DNA from: Lingula anatina | Taxonomy: Eukaryota; Animalia; Brachiopoda | DNA: 64,000 bases | Assembly: GCA_051362555.1 (NCBI GenBank) | Contig: CM120648.1 | Coordinates: 18,782,587-18,846,586, forward strand | Direction of reading: 5' to 3' | In this document: in pieces, positions 1 to 12,945 of the stretch | How the letters are laid out: the number at the start of each line of letters is the position of its first letter | How positions within the stretch are numbered: the stretch's first letter is position 1 | The notes under the pieces: model-generated | The model's database searches: none | What the model saw: only the letters and a program-made list of their open reading frames with translations | What the model was told of the DNA's origin: nothing | Position numbers and translations under genes: made by a program

Positions 1-228
1 CTGGATGCCATTTTAGTCATATATTTGTATATATATATATATAAACATTACCATATTTTTTATATCTCTTTTTGTACAGACTGCATTATGATTTAAATTA
101 GCTTTTTGAATGGTCAAATGACCCCTTGTTTTTCTTGTTCTGTTTATTTCAGTCATTGGCATATTATCATTATTCATAAATTTCAATTATCACGAAACAG
201 ATACAACTGTAACAGTGAATTTCCCTCT

Positions 229-2022
229 TAGTCTGGATGACTGGTGCTATATTTTGGCCAAATTGCTCAAAATGTGGAAAAAGCATGAAACTTTGCACAA
301 ATGTTCTTTGGTCTATACTGATCATTTTCAAGGGCAGTGCCCAAAATTTCAAAGCGTTGCTTAGCAACCGTTGCTATGGAAGTGAATTTCCTTAGTAACA
401 AGCTAATTAGACCTTTCTTGTCCAGTTTAAATGGTTTAGAAATGCTAATAACTATGTTACAGGGCATCAGAACTATCACTAGACTATTCAAAAGTAATTA
501 AAACCCAAATTAACCTAAGCCATGATTGCTAGGCAGTATATTACCCTAGCAACAAGCATTTAAAGTTGCGTTAGTCTATTAAGTAAGGCAAATCTATAAT
601 ACTAGCTAAGAACTATACTTTTGAGCAAGATATTCATACTTTTAATATACTTACATGCACACTAAACTTTACATGGCTTAAAAGACTTCTTTATGAAGAA
701 AATAAGAGTAAGTGGAGAACCTTTTTTCTCGGCGAAATGTCAGGAATTGGTAGTAACAAAAGGTGGATTAAAAATACTAAAAGCAGCTTCTTATCACTTT
801 TGGAAAAGATTAATGGTTCTTTGAGTGAAGTTCAGGAAAATTGCATTTTAACCCCAGACGAAATCCTATCACAACCATTATGTCAAAACTCAAAAATTGA
901 AAGAAATTGAAAAACTGTTTTCCATAAAAGATGGTGTAAAAATGTTTTCTTTTTTTACACCAATGATATTATAAATGACATTTGAAATCCCCTTTGTCTA
1001 GAGGAACTCGACAAAAAATTAACCTTAACACCAACTTTCTGGGCTAATTCAGCATCCAAAAAAGCTTACCATCTGAATGGCTATCTCTTCCCATGGAAGG
1101 AAATTGAGCATAGCAATCCAAGAAATAATTGACTCAATTAAACAAGTTACCAAACCATCCAGATATTTTTTCGCAAAAATCCTCCAAAGCCATATAATAT
1201 CACTAGATAAAGGTGTAGGTGAATGGCAGACATATTTAAAAAAAAAACCTTGAGTACTGATAATTGGGAACTAACATTTAGGAAACAGATCACAAGAAAA
1301 TGAAGTTTCTCCAATTCAGAATAAATCATAGAATATTCAATACTTATGCTTATCTTATGAATTTGAGAATTTTGCAATACTGCTAGGGAAAATATTCAGT
1401 TTCTGTTCGTTTTTTTGGATTGTCCACATGTAAAAAATGTTTGGATGTGCATCATTTGCCCAGCTAAAGATAATTTAGGTGTGGTCATTGATAGATCTCC
1501 AGAGATATTTGTATTTGGGTTTGTGCAAGCATACACTATTTATGTACCTATCTTAATAACTAAGAAACATGTGAGTATATGTAGAATGAGAACAGAAAGA
1601 TGGGAAGGAACTGGAGGGTATGTAAAATGCTACAGAGATACCTGTAAATATATTATTAAATATATATTATTAAATATATATTATTAAATAAATAATGTTT
1701 AATACTTGTTGCTAGGGTAATATGCTGCCTAGCAACTGTTGCAATGGTTTACTTGGATTTTTAATGTCTTAAAATAATATAGTGATAGTTCTGATGGCTT
1801 GAAACATTATTAAGAGCCTTTTTAAATCATTTAAACTGAACAAGAAAGGTCCAATTAGCTTGTTACTAAGGTAAATCACTTCCTTAGCAACGGTTGCTAA
1901 GCAACGCTTTGAAATTTTTGGCACTACCCTTGAAAATGATCAGCATAGTCCAAAGAACATTTATGCCAAGTTTCATGCTTTTTCCACCTTTTGAGCAATT
2001 TTTGCACCAGTCATCTAGACTA
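229..2022. mobile_element. Non-autonomous TIR DNA transposon, Academ-like (TAG...CTA termini, 3-bp TSD)
   Basis: Imperfect inverted repeats of ~330 bp (229-~563 vs ~1698-2022), starting tagtctggatga and ending tcatctagacta. Flanked by TCT at 226-228 and 2023-2025. No intact internal ORF. Confidence 0.8.
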
Positions 2023-2523
2023 TCTGGGTTTTAACTGTTGTTCATATTTAACAAAAAGAAACAGCACTATGCTGTCAAGTGCAAGGAGCCAAGTTGTTTT
2101 AAAATAGGTTGTTCTGTTAAAATAGACCGAACTGTTTTTATACGCTGTGGTATACAGTGTTTGTCCACATAAATAGAATTCCTCTCTCTTCTTTAGAATG
2201 TCAATTTAATACTTTTGATTTACTGAACAGCTGTGGCCAACAAACATATGTTATCTCTATCTTATAAAGTATAAGGGTGTGTGTATGTGTGTGATCATTT
2301 GTGGATATGTAACCACTGACGAAAATAGTTTGACCTAGTTTACATAAGCCAATCGAATCCAAGTTTCAAAATTTTTCACCAAAGTTTGGTGAAAACGCTG
2401 ATTGGTTGACCGTCAATCGGTAATCCTCGGCTGATTCCGCAAGCTCCATACCAACAACAAAGTTACTGTCGAGTGCGGAGACATCCGAGTAGTGCCGAGT
2501 GCATAACCGTACACAAAGAAAGC

Positions 2524-2700
2524 ATGGCGTCTTCTACGAGTGACTACGTAAAATAATGTGTTAAGTTATCTCTTGATTCTTTGCAAAATATGAGTATATC
2601 GGAATTGAAACCAGAGCAGTTTGAGGCCCTGCATCATTATCTACTGAGGGATGATGTATTTTGCGTGCTGCCCACAGGTTACGGCAAGTCCCTGATATTG
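2524..2700 (+). pseudogene. RecQ-like SF2 helicase N-terminal fragment (Q motif + Walker A), probably transposon-borne
   Basis: Translates as MASSTSDYVK*CVKLSLDSLQNMSISELKPEQFEALHHYLLRDDVFCVLPTGYGKSLI. LKPEQ...LPTGxGKSL is the RecQ motif 0/I signature. One in-frame stop; truncated after motif I. Confidence 0.7.
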
Positions 2701-3020
2701 AGCCTTATCTCTGATTGGTCCGGATTTGAACAAAGCGCGCTTTGACTCGTTCGCGTTCATTGGCTAGATCGCTCAATGAGTCATTGAGTGCGGGCTTTAA
2801 ATTTGATTGGCGGGCGGCGGGGGCAATCGAATGTGGTCAGAGGTAACTTGACACGATGAAGATAGGCTATTGTGAAGAGGTTAGTGTCAAGTTATCTCTG
2901 AAGCTCAGGGTGCATGATTTACATAATGTGCAAAAATCAAAGACACTATGTACTGCCAAATACAAATAACAATAATAAACACAATATCACACTTGACTAT
3001 AAACGATGGCATCGCTATAC

Positions 3021-4585
3021 CTGTACTCACGTGTAACGCCTACCATACACAAGGTAACAGACACCCCAGAGTTAAAGAGAGCCAGTTCCTGTACTTACGT
3101 GTACCTCCCACCATACACAAGGTAACAGACACCCCAGAGTTATAGAGAGCCAGTTCCTGTACTTACGTGTAACTCCTACCATACATAAGGTAACAGACAC
3201 CCCAGAGTTATAGAGAGCCAGTTCCTGTACTTACGTGTAGCGCCTACCATACACAAGGTGAAAGACACCCCAGAGTTATAGAGAGCCAGTTCCTGTACTT
3301 ACGTGTAGCGTCTATCATACACAAGGTAACAGACACTCCAGAGTTATAGAGAGCCAGTTCCTGTACTTACGTGTACCACCTACCGAACACAAGGTAACAG
3401 ACACCCCAGAGTTATAGAGAGCCAGTTCCTGTACTTACGTGTAGCGCCTACCATACACAAGGTAACAGACACCCCAGAGTTATAGAGAGCCAGTTCCTGT
3501 ACTTACGTGTAGCGCCTATCATACACAAGGTAACAGACACTCCAGAGTTATAGAGAGCCAGTTCCTGTACTTACGTGTACCACCTACCGAACACAAGGTA
3601 ACAGACACCCCAGAGTTATAGAGAGCCAGTTCCTGTACTTACGTGTAGCGCCTACCATACACAAGGTAACAGACACCCCAGAGTTATAGAGAGCCAGTTC
3701 CTGTACTTACGTGTAGCGCCTACCATACACAAGGTAACAGACACCCCAGAGTTATAGAGAGCCAGTTCCTGTACTTACGTGTAGCTCCTACCATACACAA
3801 GGTAACAGACACCCCAGAGTTATAGAGAGCCAGTTCCTGTACTTACGTGTAGCGTCTATCATACACAAGGTAACAGACACCCCAGAGTTATAGAGAGCCA
3901 GTTCCTGTACTTACGTGTAGCGCCTACCATACACAAGGTAACAGACACCCCAGAGTTATAGAGAGCCAGTTCCTGTACTTACGTGTAGCTCCTACCATAC
4001 ACAAGGTAACAGACACCCCAGTTATAGAGAGCCAGTTCCTGTACTTACGTGTAGCGTCTATCATACACAAGGTAACAGACACCCCAGAGTTATAGAGAGC
4101 CAGTTCCTGTACTTACGTGTAGCGTCTATCATACACAAGGTTACAGACACCCCAGAGTTATAGAGAGCCAGTTCCTGTACTTACGTGTAGCGTCTATCAT
4201 ACACAAGGTAACAGACACCCCAGAGTTATAGAGAGCCAGTTCCTGTACTTACGTGTAGCTCCTACCATACACAAGATAACAGACACCCCAGAGTTATAGA
4301 GAGCCAGTTCCTGTACTTACGTGTAGCTCCTACCATACACAAGGTAACAGACACCCCAGAGTTATAGAGAGCCAGTTCCTGTACTTACGTGTAGCTCCTA
4401 CCATACACAAGGTAACAGACACTCCAGAGTTATAGAGAGCCAGTTCCTGTACTTACGTGTAGCTCCTACCATACACAAGGTAACAGACACTCCAGAGTTA
4501 TAGAGAGCCAGTTCCTGTACTTACGTGTAGCTCCTACCATACACAAGGTAACAGACACTCCAGAGTTATAGAGAGCCAGTTCCTG
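3021..4585. repeat. Minisatellite, 68-bp unit x ~23, derived from an exon 3' end plus splice donor
   Basis: Unit gtacttacgtgtagcgcctaccatacacaaggtaacagacaccccagagttatagagagccagttcct, near-identical copies. The last copy overlaps the SDR exon. Confidence 0.97.
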
Positions 4586-4662
4586 CCTGAGGACTCCAAA
4601 GAACCCCTGGAGAGCGTACTTAGTGGCGGTGTACACGGCTGTATGTGGAGTGGCGGTAACTC
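4525..4662 (-). CDS. Exon of 11-beta-hydroxysteroid dehydrogenase-like SDR (catalytic YxxxK exon)
   Basis: tttcag acceptor; (G)VTATPHTAVYTATKYALQGFFGVLRQELALYNSGVSVTLCMVGAT; gtaagt donor. The YTATK motif and GFFxxLRxEL match the HSD11B1/HSD11B1L pattern. Confidence 0.88.
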
Positions 4663-4807
4663 CTGAAATAACAGCGTGGTGTGAATTAGTACATACGCTG
4701 TAGTGACTTATTACTTATTATTATTATATATACAGTCATCCAGAGGAAACAGTTCAAGTCTTATGATGTTTACTGCTATGAAATACGCACACTGGTCTGG
4801 AAGAAAT

Positions 4808-5120
4808 ACAACAGTGGTAAAAAAAGTTGTCCCACCCCCGGTTTCATGTGCTTTTATTTATAAATGATCACATCACAGGAGTTAATTGCTATAAATTGTG
4901 TTTTTCATTCCAGATACCATAGCTAACTTGATTAGTGGTAAAGAAAATACAAACTAGCGGTGAAGATACCAACATTTAATACCATTTATTCACATTTATT
5001 ACGTGTACCCCCTCAAATCCGACGTTTCACTGTGATTTTCACAGAGGTAAAGAAATGCATGTCCATTAAATTGAAATGACACAAGCGCTAGCACATGAAA
5101 CCTTTTGACCAATGTTGTAT
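4808..5120. mobile_element. Tc1/mariner-type MITE remnant, related to 30343-30950
   Basis: Starts tacaacagtggtaaaaaaagttgtcccacccc and ends ccttttgaccaatgttgta, the same termini as the element at 30343. Confidence 0.6.
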
Positions 5121-5315
5121 ATACCATAAAACTAAGAAGAGCTAGGTCGTGATTATTTCAAATGAATTCAATATTAAATCAAAACACTCAACCTGTCTGA
5201 AAAGGTCTTCTGCAAGAATGTTGTTCGAGACTGAACAAACGGTAATTTTTTTTTCATCTTCTTGTTATTTGAGACATTTTATTTCAAGTGATTGACAGGC
5301 AGACGACATACCCAC

Positions 5316-5529
5316 CCGCAGTAGAGGAGACCACAGAAAGGTGACCACGACTATTAGTCAACAGAGGTAGTGCATGGGACGCCAGATGAACAAATGACCG
5401 GAAGTTAACGTCCATACTGGTGGTCAGTCTCGTGAAGTTATCCTCTGTCCCCAGCCACGGCTGGACGTTAGGCGATATAGCATGGTTCAAAATCAGTATG
5501 TCCAGCCCGCCGAGTTTGTTTTCCGTAAA
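5316..5529 (-). CDS. Exon of 11-beta-HSD-like SDR
   Basis: FTENKLGGLDILILNHAI...MDVNFRSFVHLASHALPLLTNSRGHLSVVSSTAG. GGLDxLILNH is typical of the HSD11B1 family. The phase-1 donor joins in frame to the 4525-4662 exon. Confidence 0.88.
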
Positions 5530-6193
5530 CTTGGTTTATGAAAAAAACAACAATGTTTTTATAATATTTAACCAATCGTTTGTTGCAATTCTAGAGACAT
5601 TTTGCAGTTGTGCACACTTTAATTGCTGTACTGTTTTCACTGTTCGTTTAAAATTGCTTTCGTTTAGGTCACAAAAGTCGTCACGCTTGTTTCCATGAAT
5701 ATTATATTAATGATAAAAAACTAAACTTGGCATCTAATTGCTCATTATTCAGACATCTTCTTGTATATTTGACAATACTGTCATTCACAACGTTCACATT
5801 GTTCAGGACCCATATACTGTAACCCCTCTACCCATGATGACTGCCGAAATTGATAATGCCAAAAGTTTAGCTGGGTCCCCGATCTTAATTGCCCTGAGTG
5901 CCAGAAACGTATCATTCTCATCTAAATCGTTATTAGATCTTAGCTTTAGGCAACTAACCAGAAATATCCGAAAGGCTAACCTTTCTCGCTGATAACAATA
6001 CATCCATGGTTTAATAATTTTACTTGCTGTCAAAAATATCCAACAATAAACACGAGCATAAAAATCCCGCACACTACACTCTCTCCCCGAATGCGCATGC
6101 GTACAACTTTTCGTAGCGACTTACAACAAAACGATCGGACTTACGTGAAAAGTTACAATAATTTGTAAGTTACAACCTTTCGAGAATACGGCC

Positions 6194-7232
6194 CCAGTTG
6201 TTAATAGATGGCGCAGCGAGTAGTTTTTAGAGGACATTGTGTTTTTGGTGCAAAGATGAAAAACCACCTTCGTCGGGGTTTACAATTGTATTTTTTATGG
6301 ATTATGCGATATAGGCCTATTTCTATTATTTTCTTTTTACCTACACAGTTTGGTAAAATGCTTTTTCTCCTTGATTATATCGGCTTATAGAAATATAAAT
6401 TTTAAAAAATTGTTTGAAAAAAATGAATGTAAATTTGAATTTTTACAAGTGTCAGGGCCGTAGCCTCCGGGGGGGCAGGGGGGGCAGCTGCCCCCCCTGG
6501 AATTTGGAATTTTACACACCACACCCACCCCCCTCGGTAGCTTGCCCCCTCGTGTCCGCTTACTGCCCCCCCTGGCATTTTGCTCAGGCTACGGCCCTGA
6601 GTGTTAATTTCTATAAACATATACAGTAGGTTCAAGCTCTATTTAAATAAAAGAGAAAAATAACAGGAATAAAAGTTTAAGCAGAGTTTCGAATTGTTGA
6701 TATCGAATATAAAAAAATAATGGGGGATATTTACTGGTCGTTGATGCTGTTTCCCCTCTCAAGCTCTGACTTAGCGTAGTGGAAACTAGATTTGAAGAGT
6801 GACAAGCCCCCGAGTGTCCAGACCCCGAGGCCCACGCTAAGGAGGCGAGGGCCATTCCCTAAAAACGCCCCCCCCCCCGGCAAATAACCTGTATCGGTCC
6901 ATGCGCCCCCCCCCCCTTCAATGAATCCTGGATCCGCGGGGAAGAGGGGCATGAATCTCTGTCAACTCCTGCCTTCGCTTTCTATAATGATCTCTTCACA
7001 CATCTGGAACCAGTTACATTTAGGTGAAAACGGCACAGCAGGCCAAGAAATCTTTTACGTTAATAATTTTGATATTGTCATTTTTTCATTCTTACAAAGA
7101 TTTTTAAAAATACTGTCTCCTAGACATTTCTGTTAAATATATCCCGACTTTTCTTTTCTTTTTTAAATTATATAATCTTATATAGAAATGAAAAAATGAG
7201 TTCAGGAATTAAAGCCGAAAAGTTATTGAATG

Positions 7233-7276
<44 letters not shown>

Positions 7277-7745
7277 GTGTGTGTGTTTTGCCTTATAACT
7301 CCTACCTCCGCTTTCAAAAATAAACTCTCCAGCCGTGTGGTATACATTTGGGAGAAAAGGACACTACAGGTCAGGACATCTGGTACATTAATATTTTTGA
7401 TACTTTTCTTTTTTCGCTTTTACAAAAATTTGTAAAAATTGTATCTTCTCGACATACATATATCGGTTAAATATCCCACTAAAATATCCCCAAGTTATAT
7501 AATCTTATAGGCCTATAGAAATGAATTAAATGATTACCCATGATATGATAGATTTTTGTAAGATACTGGGGGGGGAGAGAGAGAGAAGCGGGGCGAAATT
7601 GTGCTGGAATTTTGGGTGAACTCGGACTGGCTGTGGTGTAAAAAAAATGGACATCGGACTCAGGTCGGACTTGAAGAACAAAACAAACAAGCACAAAACA
7701 AGCACGAACGAAATCTCCTCTCAACTCATCTAACACACTCACGTG
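6194..7745. repeat. Dispersed ~1.5-kb repeat, copy 1 (copy 2 at ~59480-64000)
   Basis: Colinear high similarity from ccagttgttaatagatggcgcagcgag through aaaacaagcacgaacg. Includes a (GA)n tract. Confidence 0.85.
6453..6599. mobile_element. MITE with CAGGG termini and 5-bp TSD (hAT5-like)
   Basis: TIR cagggccgtagcc...ggctacggccctg, TSD agtgt on both sides. The empty site is visible in the paralogous copy at ~59727. Confidence 0.85.
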
Positions 7746-7770
7746 GTCAAATACACCCCAGGTCAGCCTC

Positions 7771-8290
7771 CAGGGGTCATGTAGATACTCCCCCGCACCG
7801 ATAATCCCCCTTAGTAATTTTTTGTATTACGTGCATCGATGCGACCCCACACCGATAGATCCACGCAACGGTAGCCTACATCCCCACACCAATACTCCCC
7901 CGCACCGGTACTTACCCTCAGTAGGCCTATGTTTGTAATTGTGGGGATATACAGTAGGCCTACCGGTGCGGGGGAGTATCGGTGCGGGGACGTATCGACA
8001 AGTAAACCGCCTGCCAGATAACATGCCACCAGTGGGTCACCTGTGGCTATAAACAGCAAACAGCCGCCGGTGGACCACTGGTGTACCGCTGGTGGTTAGC
8101 TGGTGGCAGGTTGCCGTTTATAGCCGCCGGTGGACCACTGGTGTAGGGCCTACTGCTGGTGGTTAGCTGGTGGCAGGTTGCCGTTTATAGCCGCCGGTGA
8201 GCCACTGGTGTAGGCCTACTGCTGGTGGTTAGCTGGTGGCAGATTGCCGTTGGTAGGCCTAATGTAGCTGGTGACCGGTCCACCGGTGAC
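7771..8290. repeat. GC-rich transposon-terminal repeats (ccccgcaccg family, plus three ~62-bp gccgccggtggaccactggtg units)
   Basis: 7775-7870 matches 38697-38830; inverted ccccgcaccg/cggtgcgggg arrays; tandem units at 8062-8250. Confidence 0.65.
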
Positions 8291-9864
8291 CCATTCGCGA
8301 TTTTCTCATCGTAATTGTTAAGTGTAGCTTTTTTTTTTTCAAATACGCGTATGTGTATTGTAATAACGTTACCTCATTTCGGCGGAAGTGTTTTTTTTAC
8401 CTTTACTCGTTTGGGAGTGCGCAATTTCCAAGCATTTCATTGGCCTATAAAATTAACGTGACGTAGACTTACTGCACGCGACGGCTGCACGTGACGTCTG
8501 CGTCGACCACTCTACTCCGCCTGACTGCTGCCACTGGGCTTCGATTTCACTATATTTCATGTAAAATAGGTAAGCCTCATAATAATCAAATACACTGATT
8601 GCCAGATCTTTTCAATGTAGGCCTACATGAAGGAAAAATGTTGATTTATAAAACAGCTTTTTTAAAAATAAATTCTGGAAATTAGAACATTGTTATTGAG
8701 TGGAAGAAACAAAACGCGAAAGCTCCACCTAGGCCTACTATAGCCCTATAAGATATAGGTATGAAAAAAATTGATTATAAGATTCGTATTTTGTATTTGA
8801 AAGTCTGGTATTTTTTGCCTCTTGAAAAGATCGAGTCAATTAAAAGGTATATATTTTCAAAGGGTATATATTTTTTAAAAATAAAAATGTAGTTAATCAA
8901 TGTGTTATGTAGGGTTTTCTGTGGCTTTTATTTAAGTAAATTTCATTTTAATAACAATTAAAATGGAAAAGACCCATAACAGATTTATGAATTATATTGA
9001 TAACAATTGGAAAAAGTAAAGTTTGTATCTTAAAATAAACCTTGGGATATAACCAGTGAACATTGGCCCTTTTTCTTATGTGGTCTACCCTGAGTGTCAG
9101 AGCAACGTAAAAGCTAGCTTGCTAAATATACCTTGTGGTGGAGTCGCTTTTACTAGTGCCTGGTATTGCTACTATGAGTTATATATGAAATCAAGATCGA
9201 GCTGGCAATACTGGAATCTAGAACCTAGGGTAATGTGGTCCTGCCTAGCTAAATATTATTATTAAAATATCGGCAAAACGTCTGACATATGTACAATGAC
9301 TTGAAAACTGCGCTGCACTCCAACGAGACAGATGCGACTAATTGCTCATTCAATTTGGTAGTTGTGCCGCCACCTTTATTTCTTATTTCAATTTATTAAA
9401 CCCTTGACCCCAACGGCTCATCAGAATGGAATACAATGACAATATAAAGTCATATCAACGAACTACCACAACAACAAAAACTACTACTGATACAAATAAT
9501 AATAATAATAACAATAATTCATTATACTGACGCTAATCTTAGCTCCGATGCACATTGTAGGTATTTCCCGAAGTTGTTTAATTGTGAGACATTGTTAAGT
9601 GATAATAATTTAATTAGTTTGAAGACTGCGAGCTTTTTGACCTTTTAATATATATATATATATATGAAGCCAGGGATCTTCTCTTGAAATAGTATTTATT
9701 TCAAAACATGTAGGCCCTACACATCACGGTCTCCTCTGCATTCACAGCAGCGAGGCGGTCCGGTTCGCTAAAATTCTCAAGAGACTTGCTTAAATTTGTA
9801 AAAATAAATAAATAAATAACTCTCGCTGAGATAAATTACTACTAACAGTATTTTTTTTATTCAG

Positions 9865-11243
9865 GTTAACTAAAAATTATAAAGATGGTGAAGTAGCCAT
9901 TCCTACGGATCATGTAGAAAGGTGATGAATAAGAAAATATATGGAAAAATTGGTCGTTTATAACTGACCAATATCTGAAGAAATAATACAGTTTACATTC
10001 AAGTTGTTTTGTGTTCTGACCACCAATATCTGGCATATGCATATTTGTCATATTAAGATTTTTCATGTTTTTTAAAAGGCAATTCGGTGTTAATTAAATT
10101 AAGACTAGCCATAAGGAAGTGCACATGGTGCATTTTGTGCGTTTTGGTAGTCATTTTAAGGTATTTTCATTAATTCCAATCAGATTTCTTTACCGATAAA
10201 TTATTCGTGTTATGGTTTTCAGAGATCGTTTCATCTTCACCACCCTCCTGCAGATTAAAGCTATGCTGAAGAATAACATTATTGTTCTTACAAGGTTAGA
10301 GCAAAGATTGAAACAGAACAGAAGTCCTGATGACAATATTGTCTCAACTGACGAGTTTGCATTTCCTATGGAGACTAGAGAAGATGTGGCAAGGGTTGAA
10401 AACATACTTAAAGATAAGCATAATGAAATTACTGGTAAGTAAAAAAAATAATAGTGTGATTAAAATTAATGTAGTGATTGTTGTGCTGAAGCTACATATG
10501 GGAAAAATAATAAGTTGATTTTTAAAATAGTGGTTATTTGATAAATGATTAATATGACATTTTAATCTGAACACGTATCATTTGTTGTATGAATAGGGCC
10601 TATATATAAATGTGCTTTACTTATTAAGAATATTTTATATTTATTTCAAAGGTCAAACCACCTTGCCACACTGAGAGGGTTTTCCTCTTAGGAAATGGTA
10701 CAGTGTAGATAGGATCATGTCTACTATTTTTAAAACTAACATATTGCATGCCAGTGTAACTGGATTGGGAAGTGCGGAAAGGTTGCACTAAAAAACCTGG
10801 CCTTTACAAAAGCAATGGAATGTTTGCATTTCGTAATGATCAAATAATGTTTGCTCAGATATATTTTTACATATTAATTGTGTATTATTATGATCCTGAA
10901 GTAAAGTTACAGTTCAAAATATAAAGGTTGTTTCTTCTGAACAACTTTGTCTTTTTATGGTTTTTACCTATATTCTCTTAAGGATAAACGCATATCAACC
11001 TATTTCTGTCCTTTGATGAGACCATTCCGTTTTGTAACTCCTTTTTGAACCATTTTTGTTTACTGTCCAATTTAGCACTGTTAAGATAGGAGGATTAAGT
11101 TAAGTTTTTTTATATTTTCACAGATGCAGGTAGATCGAGAGCTACGGAGGCTGAATAAGACATGCATCAAATTGTGGCTCAAAAATGCGCATGGTAGGGA
11201 TGGCGGCAGAAAATTGAGGGCAATCAAAACAAGGAAAAAATGA
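9865..11243 (+). pseudogene. Degenerate spliced ORF, possibly a DUF4806-like transposon accessory gene
   Basis: Exon-like pieces ...FAFPMETREDVARVENILKD..., VNHLATL.G.....RIMSTIF...ACQCNWIGKCGKVAL, ...WLKNA..RDGGRK, with stops and frameshifts. Family assignment is from motif memory only. Confidence 0.4.
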
Positions 11244-11251
11244 GGTAAATA

Positions 11252-11505
11252 AACACATTGGACAAAAGAAGTGTCACCCCCTGCAGAGTAATGAAAGTTA
11301 TAATGCCTGGGTCTACTCTTAATATGACTATTGAATATAAAACCGCTGTACTATGGAATTGTATTTTTTTTTATTTATTATTATTATTATTATTTTTTTT
11401 TTTTTGTGAATTTTGATGTTTATAAAATGATACCAGGAGCATATCATTCCAGAGTCATTTATCTCCCCCAAAGTATTGGTTCACTTCTATTGTCCAGTGT
11501 GTGTA
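11252..11505. mobile_element. MITE: internal-deletion derivative of the Tc1 element at 44122-45586
   Basis: Shares both ends (cacattggacaaaagaagtgtcacccc...; ...gtcatttatctccccc...ctattgtccagtgtgtgta) with the Tc1 copy but has no transposase. Confidence 0.8.
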
Positions 11506-11529
11506 ACAAAAAAAAAAAAATAATAATAA

Positions 11530-11568
<39 letters not shown>

Positions 11569-11754
11569 AAATAAAAGAAAAATAAAAGAAAAATAAATCA
11601 AAATAAAATAAAAGAAAAATCACTGTTAAAGGTGATAATTGTGATGAGAAATATTAGTTTTACGCATATCTATTTTATCTGATATTAAATAATTATTTTC
11701 CAGTTACCTTTGTACGTTATTTCTTTTGCGCGTCTATAGTTTTGATATGAAAAA

Positions 11755-11835
11755 AATACCGGAACTCGTGTTGCGCAAAGGATTATGGTCTATATGAATG
11801 AGGCGCCATTTTCTTCAACAGCCAGGAAGTAACAG
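11755..11835 (+). promoter_or_regulatory. Candidate promoter region of the ROCO-caspase gene
   Basis: CpG-containing patch ~200 bp upstream of the ATG with ccggaa and caggaagt (ETS-like), ttgcgcaa (C/EBP-like palindrome) and gcgccatttt (YY1-like). Motif matching only. Confidence 0.3.
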
Positions 11836-12011
11836 GACGGAGATTGTGGAATAATGTTGAACATATTTGACAAAGAAAGAGATATGATCTGACTGACTTG
11901 TAGGTATATGAAGCAAGTGTTTATGTTACTGTGATCTCCAAGCTGCAGCACCAGAAGTGAACATAAAGTTTAGCAATCGCTGACAGAAATATTACAGGAT
12001 CTACTGTCGGA

Positions 12012-12945
12012 ATGGAAGCCATGTTAGGGCAGTCTAGACGAGGTGTAAATCCAAGATCAGGACAGGTGACAGTACAGACACAACCTCCATTAGCTGAACA
12101 GGAAACAAATACAACATCAGCTACACATCCTCGTGTTTTCTTAGAGAAGGCAGAATGTGTGCGTTCCTTCAGTCCTAAACTGGAAGATGATAGAAGAGGA
12201 ATATTCATAACTGGGTTAGCCATAGATAAGGAACACATGTTTGTTGTGGATAGATATAACAACAGAACAAAAGTATTCACACATGAAGGACAATTTAAGT
12301 TTGACATTAAAGTAAACGAACCATATGATGTGGCTGTGTCACAGACTGGTCACCTGTATATAACATCAGAGGGTGACAGTTGTGTTCAAGTGTACTCCAC
12401 CAGAGGTCAGCAGGTGACAACCATGGGTCAGGGTATACTGGACTTACCACAGGGTATTACACTGAACAGACAAGGTCATGTGATGGTTTGTGACAGTTTA
12501 AAGAAGTCCATCTTCACATTCCATGCAGACAGTGGACAGCTCCTGAACACTATTCCACTCAGTATGTGTGGATACCCATACTACATCACAGTGAACAGTG
12601 TGAATGATAACATTGTGATATCAGACATGGGGGGATACTGTGTACATGTGCTGTCACCTACTGGTGATCATCTGTACCAGTATGACGGCAGCAGAGAAGG
12701 CAGTGAACTGAGTTATCCACATGGAGTGTGCACAGACAGCTATGGTCACATCTTCATTGCTGACAGGGGTAACCACAGGATAGTGGCACTGAGTCCACAG
12801 GGACAGTTTATCAGATACATTGTCACTAAGGATGATGGGTTGAAGTTTCCCTGGGCAGTAGTCATCAACCCTGCTACTGGTCAGCTGGTGGTGGGAGAGG
12901 TGAGGGGCAATGTTAAGACATTCAAGTATACTGAACTGAAACAAG
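12012..12945 (+). CDS. Exon 1: NHL-repeat six-bladed beta-propeller (TRIM-NHL-like)
   Basis: Repeated NHL blades (PYDVAVSQTGHLYI, LDLPQGITLNRQGHVMVCD, LSYPHGVCTDSYGHIFIADRGNHRI, LKFPWAVVIN). The ORF ends over a strong phase-1 donor, AAG|gtgagt. Confidence 0.92.

Noticed and set aside
3021-4585. CRISPR-like regular array
   Set aside because: No unique spacers; head-to-tail near-identical units derived from a eukaryotic exon; no cas genes.
5738-6072. Possible upstream exon of the SDR gene
   Set aside because: No frame gives SDR N-terminal motifs.
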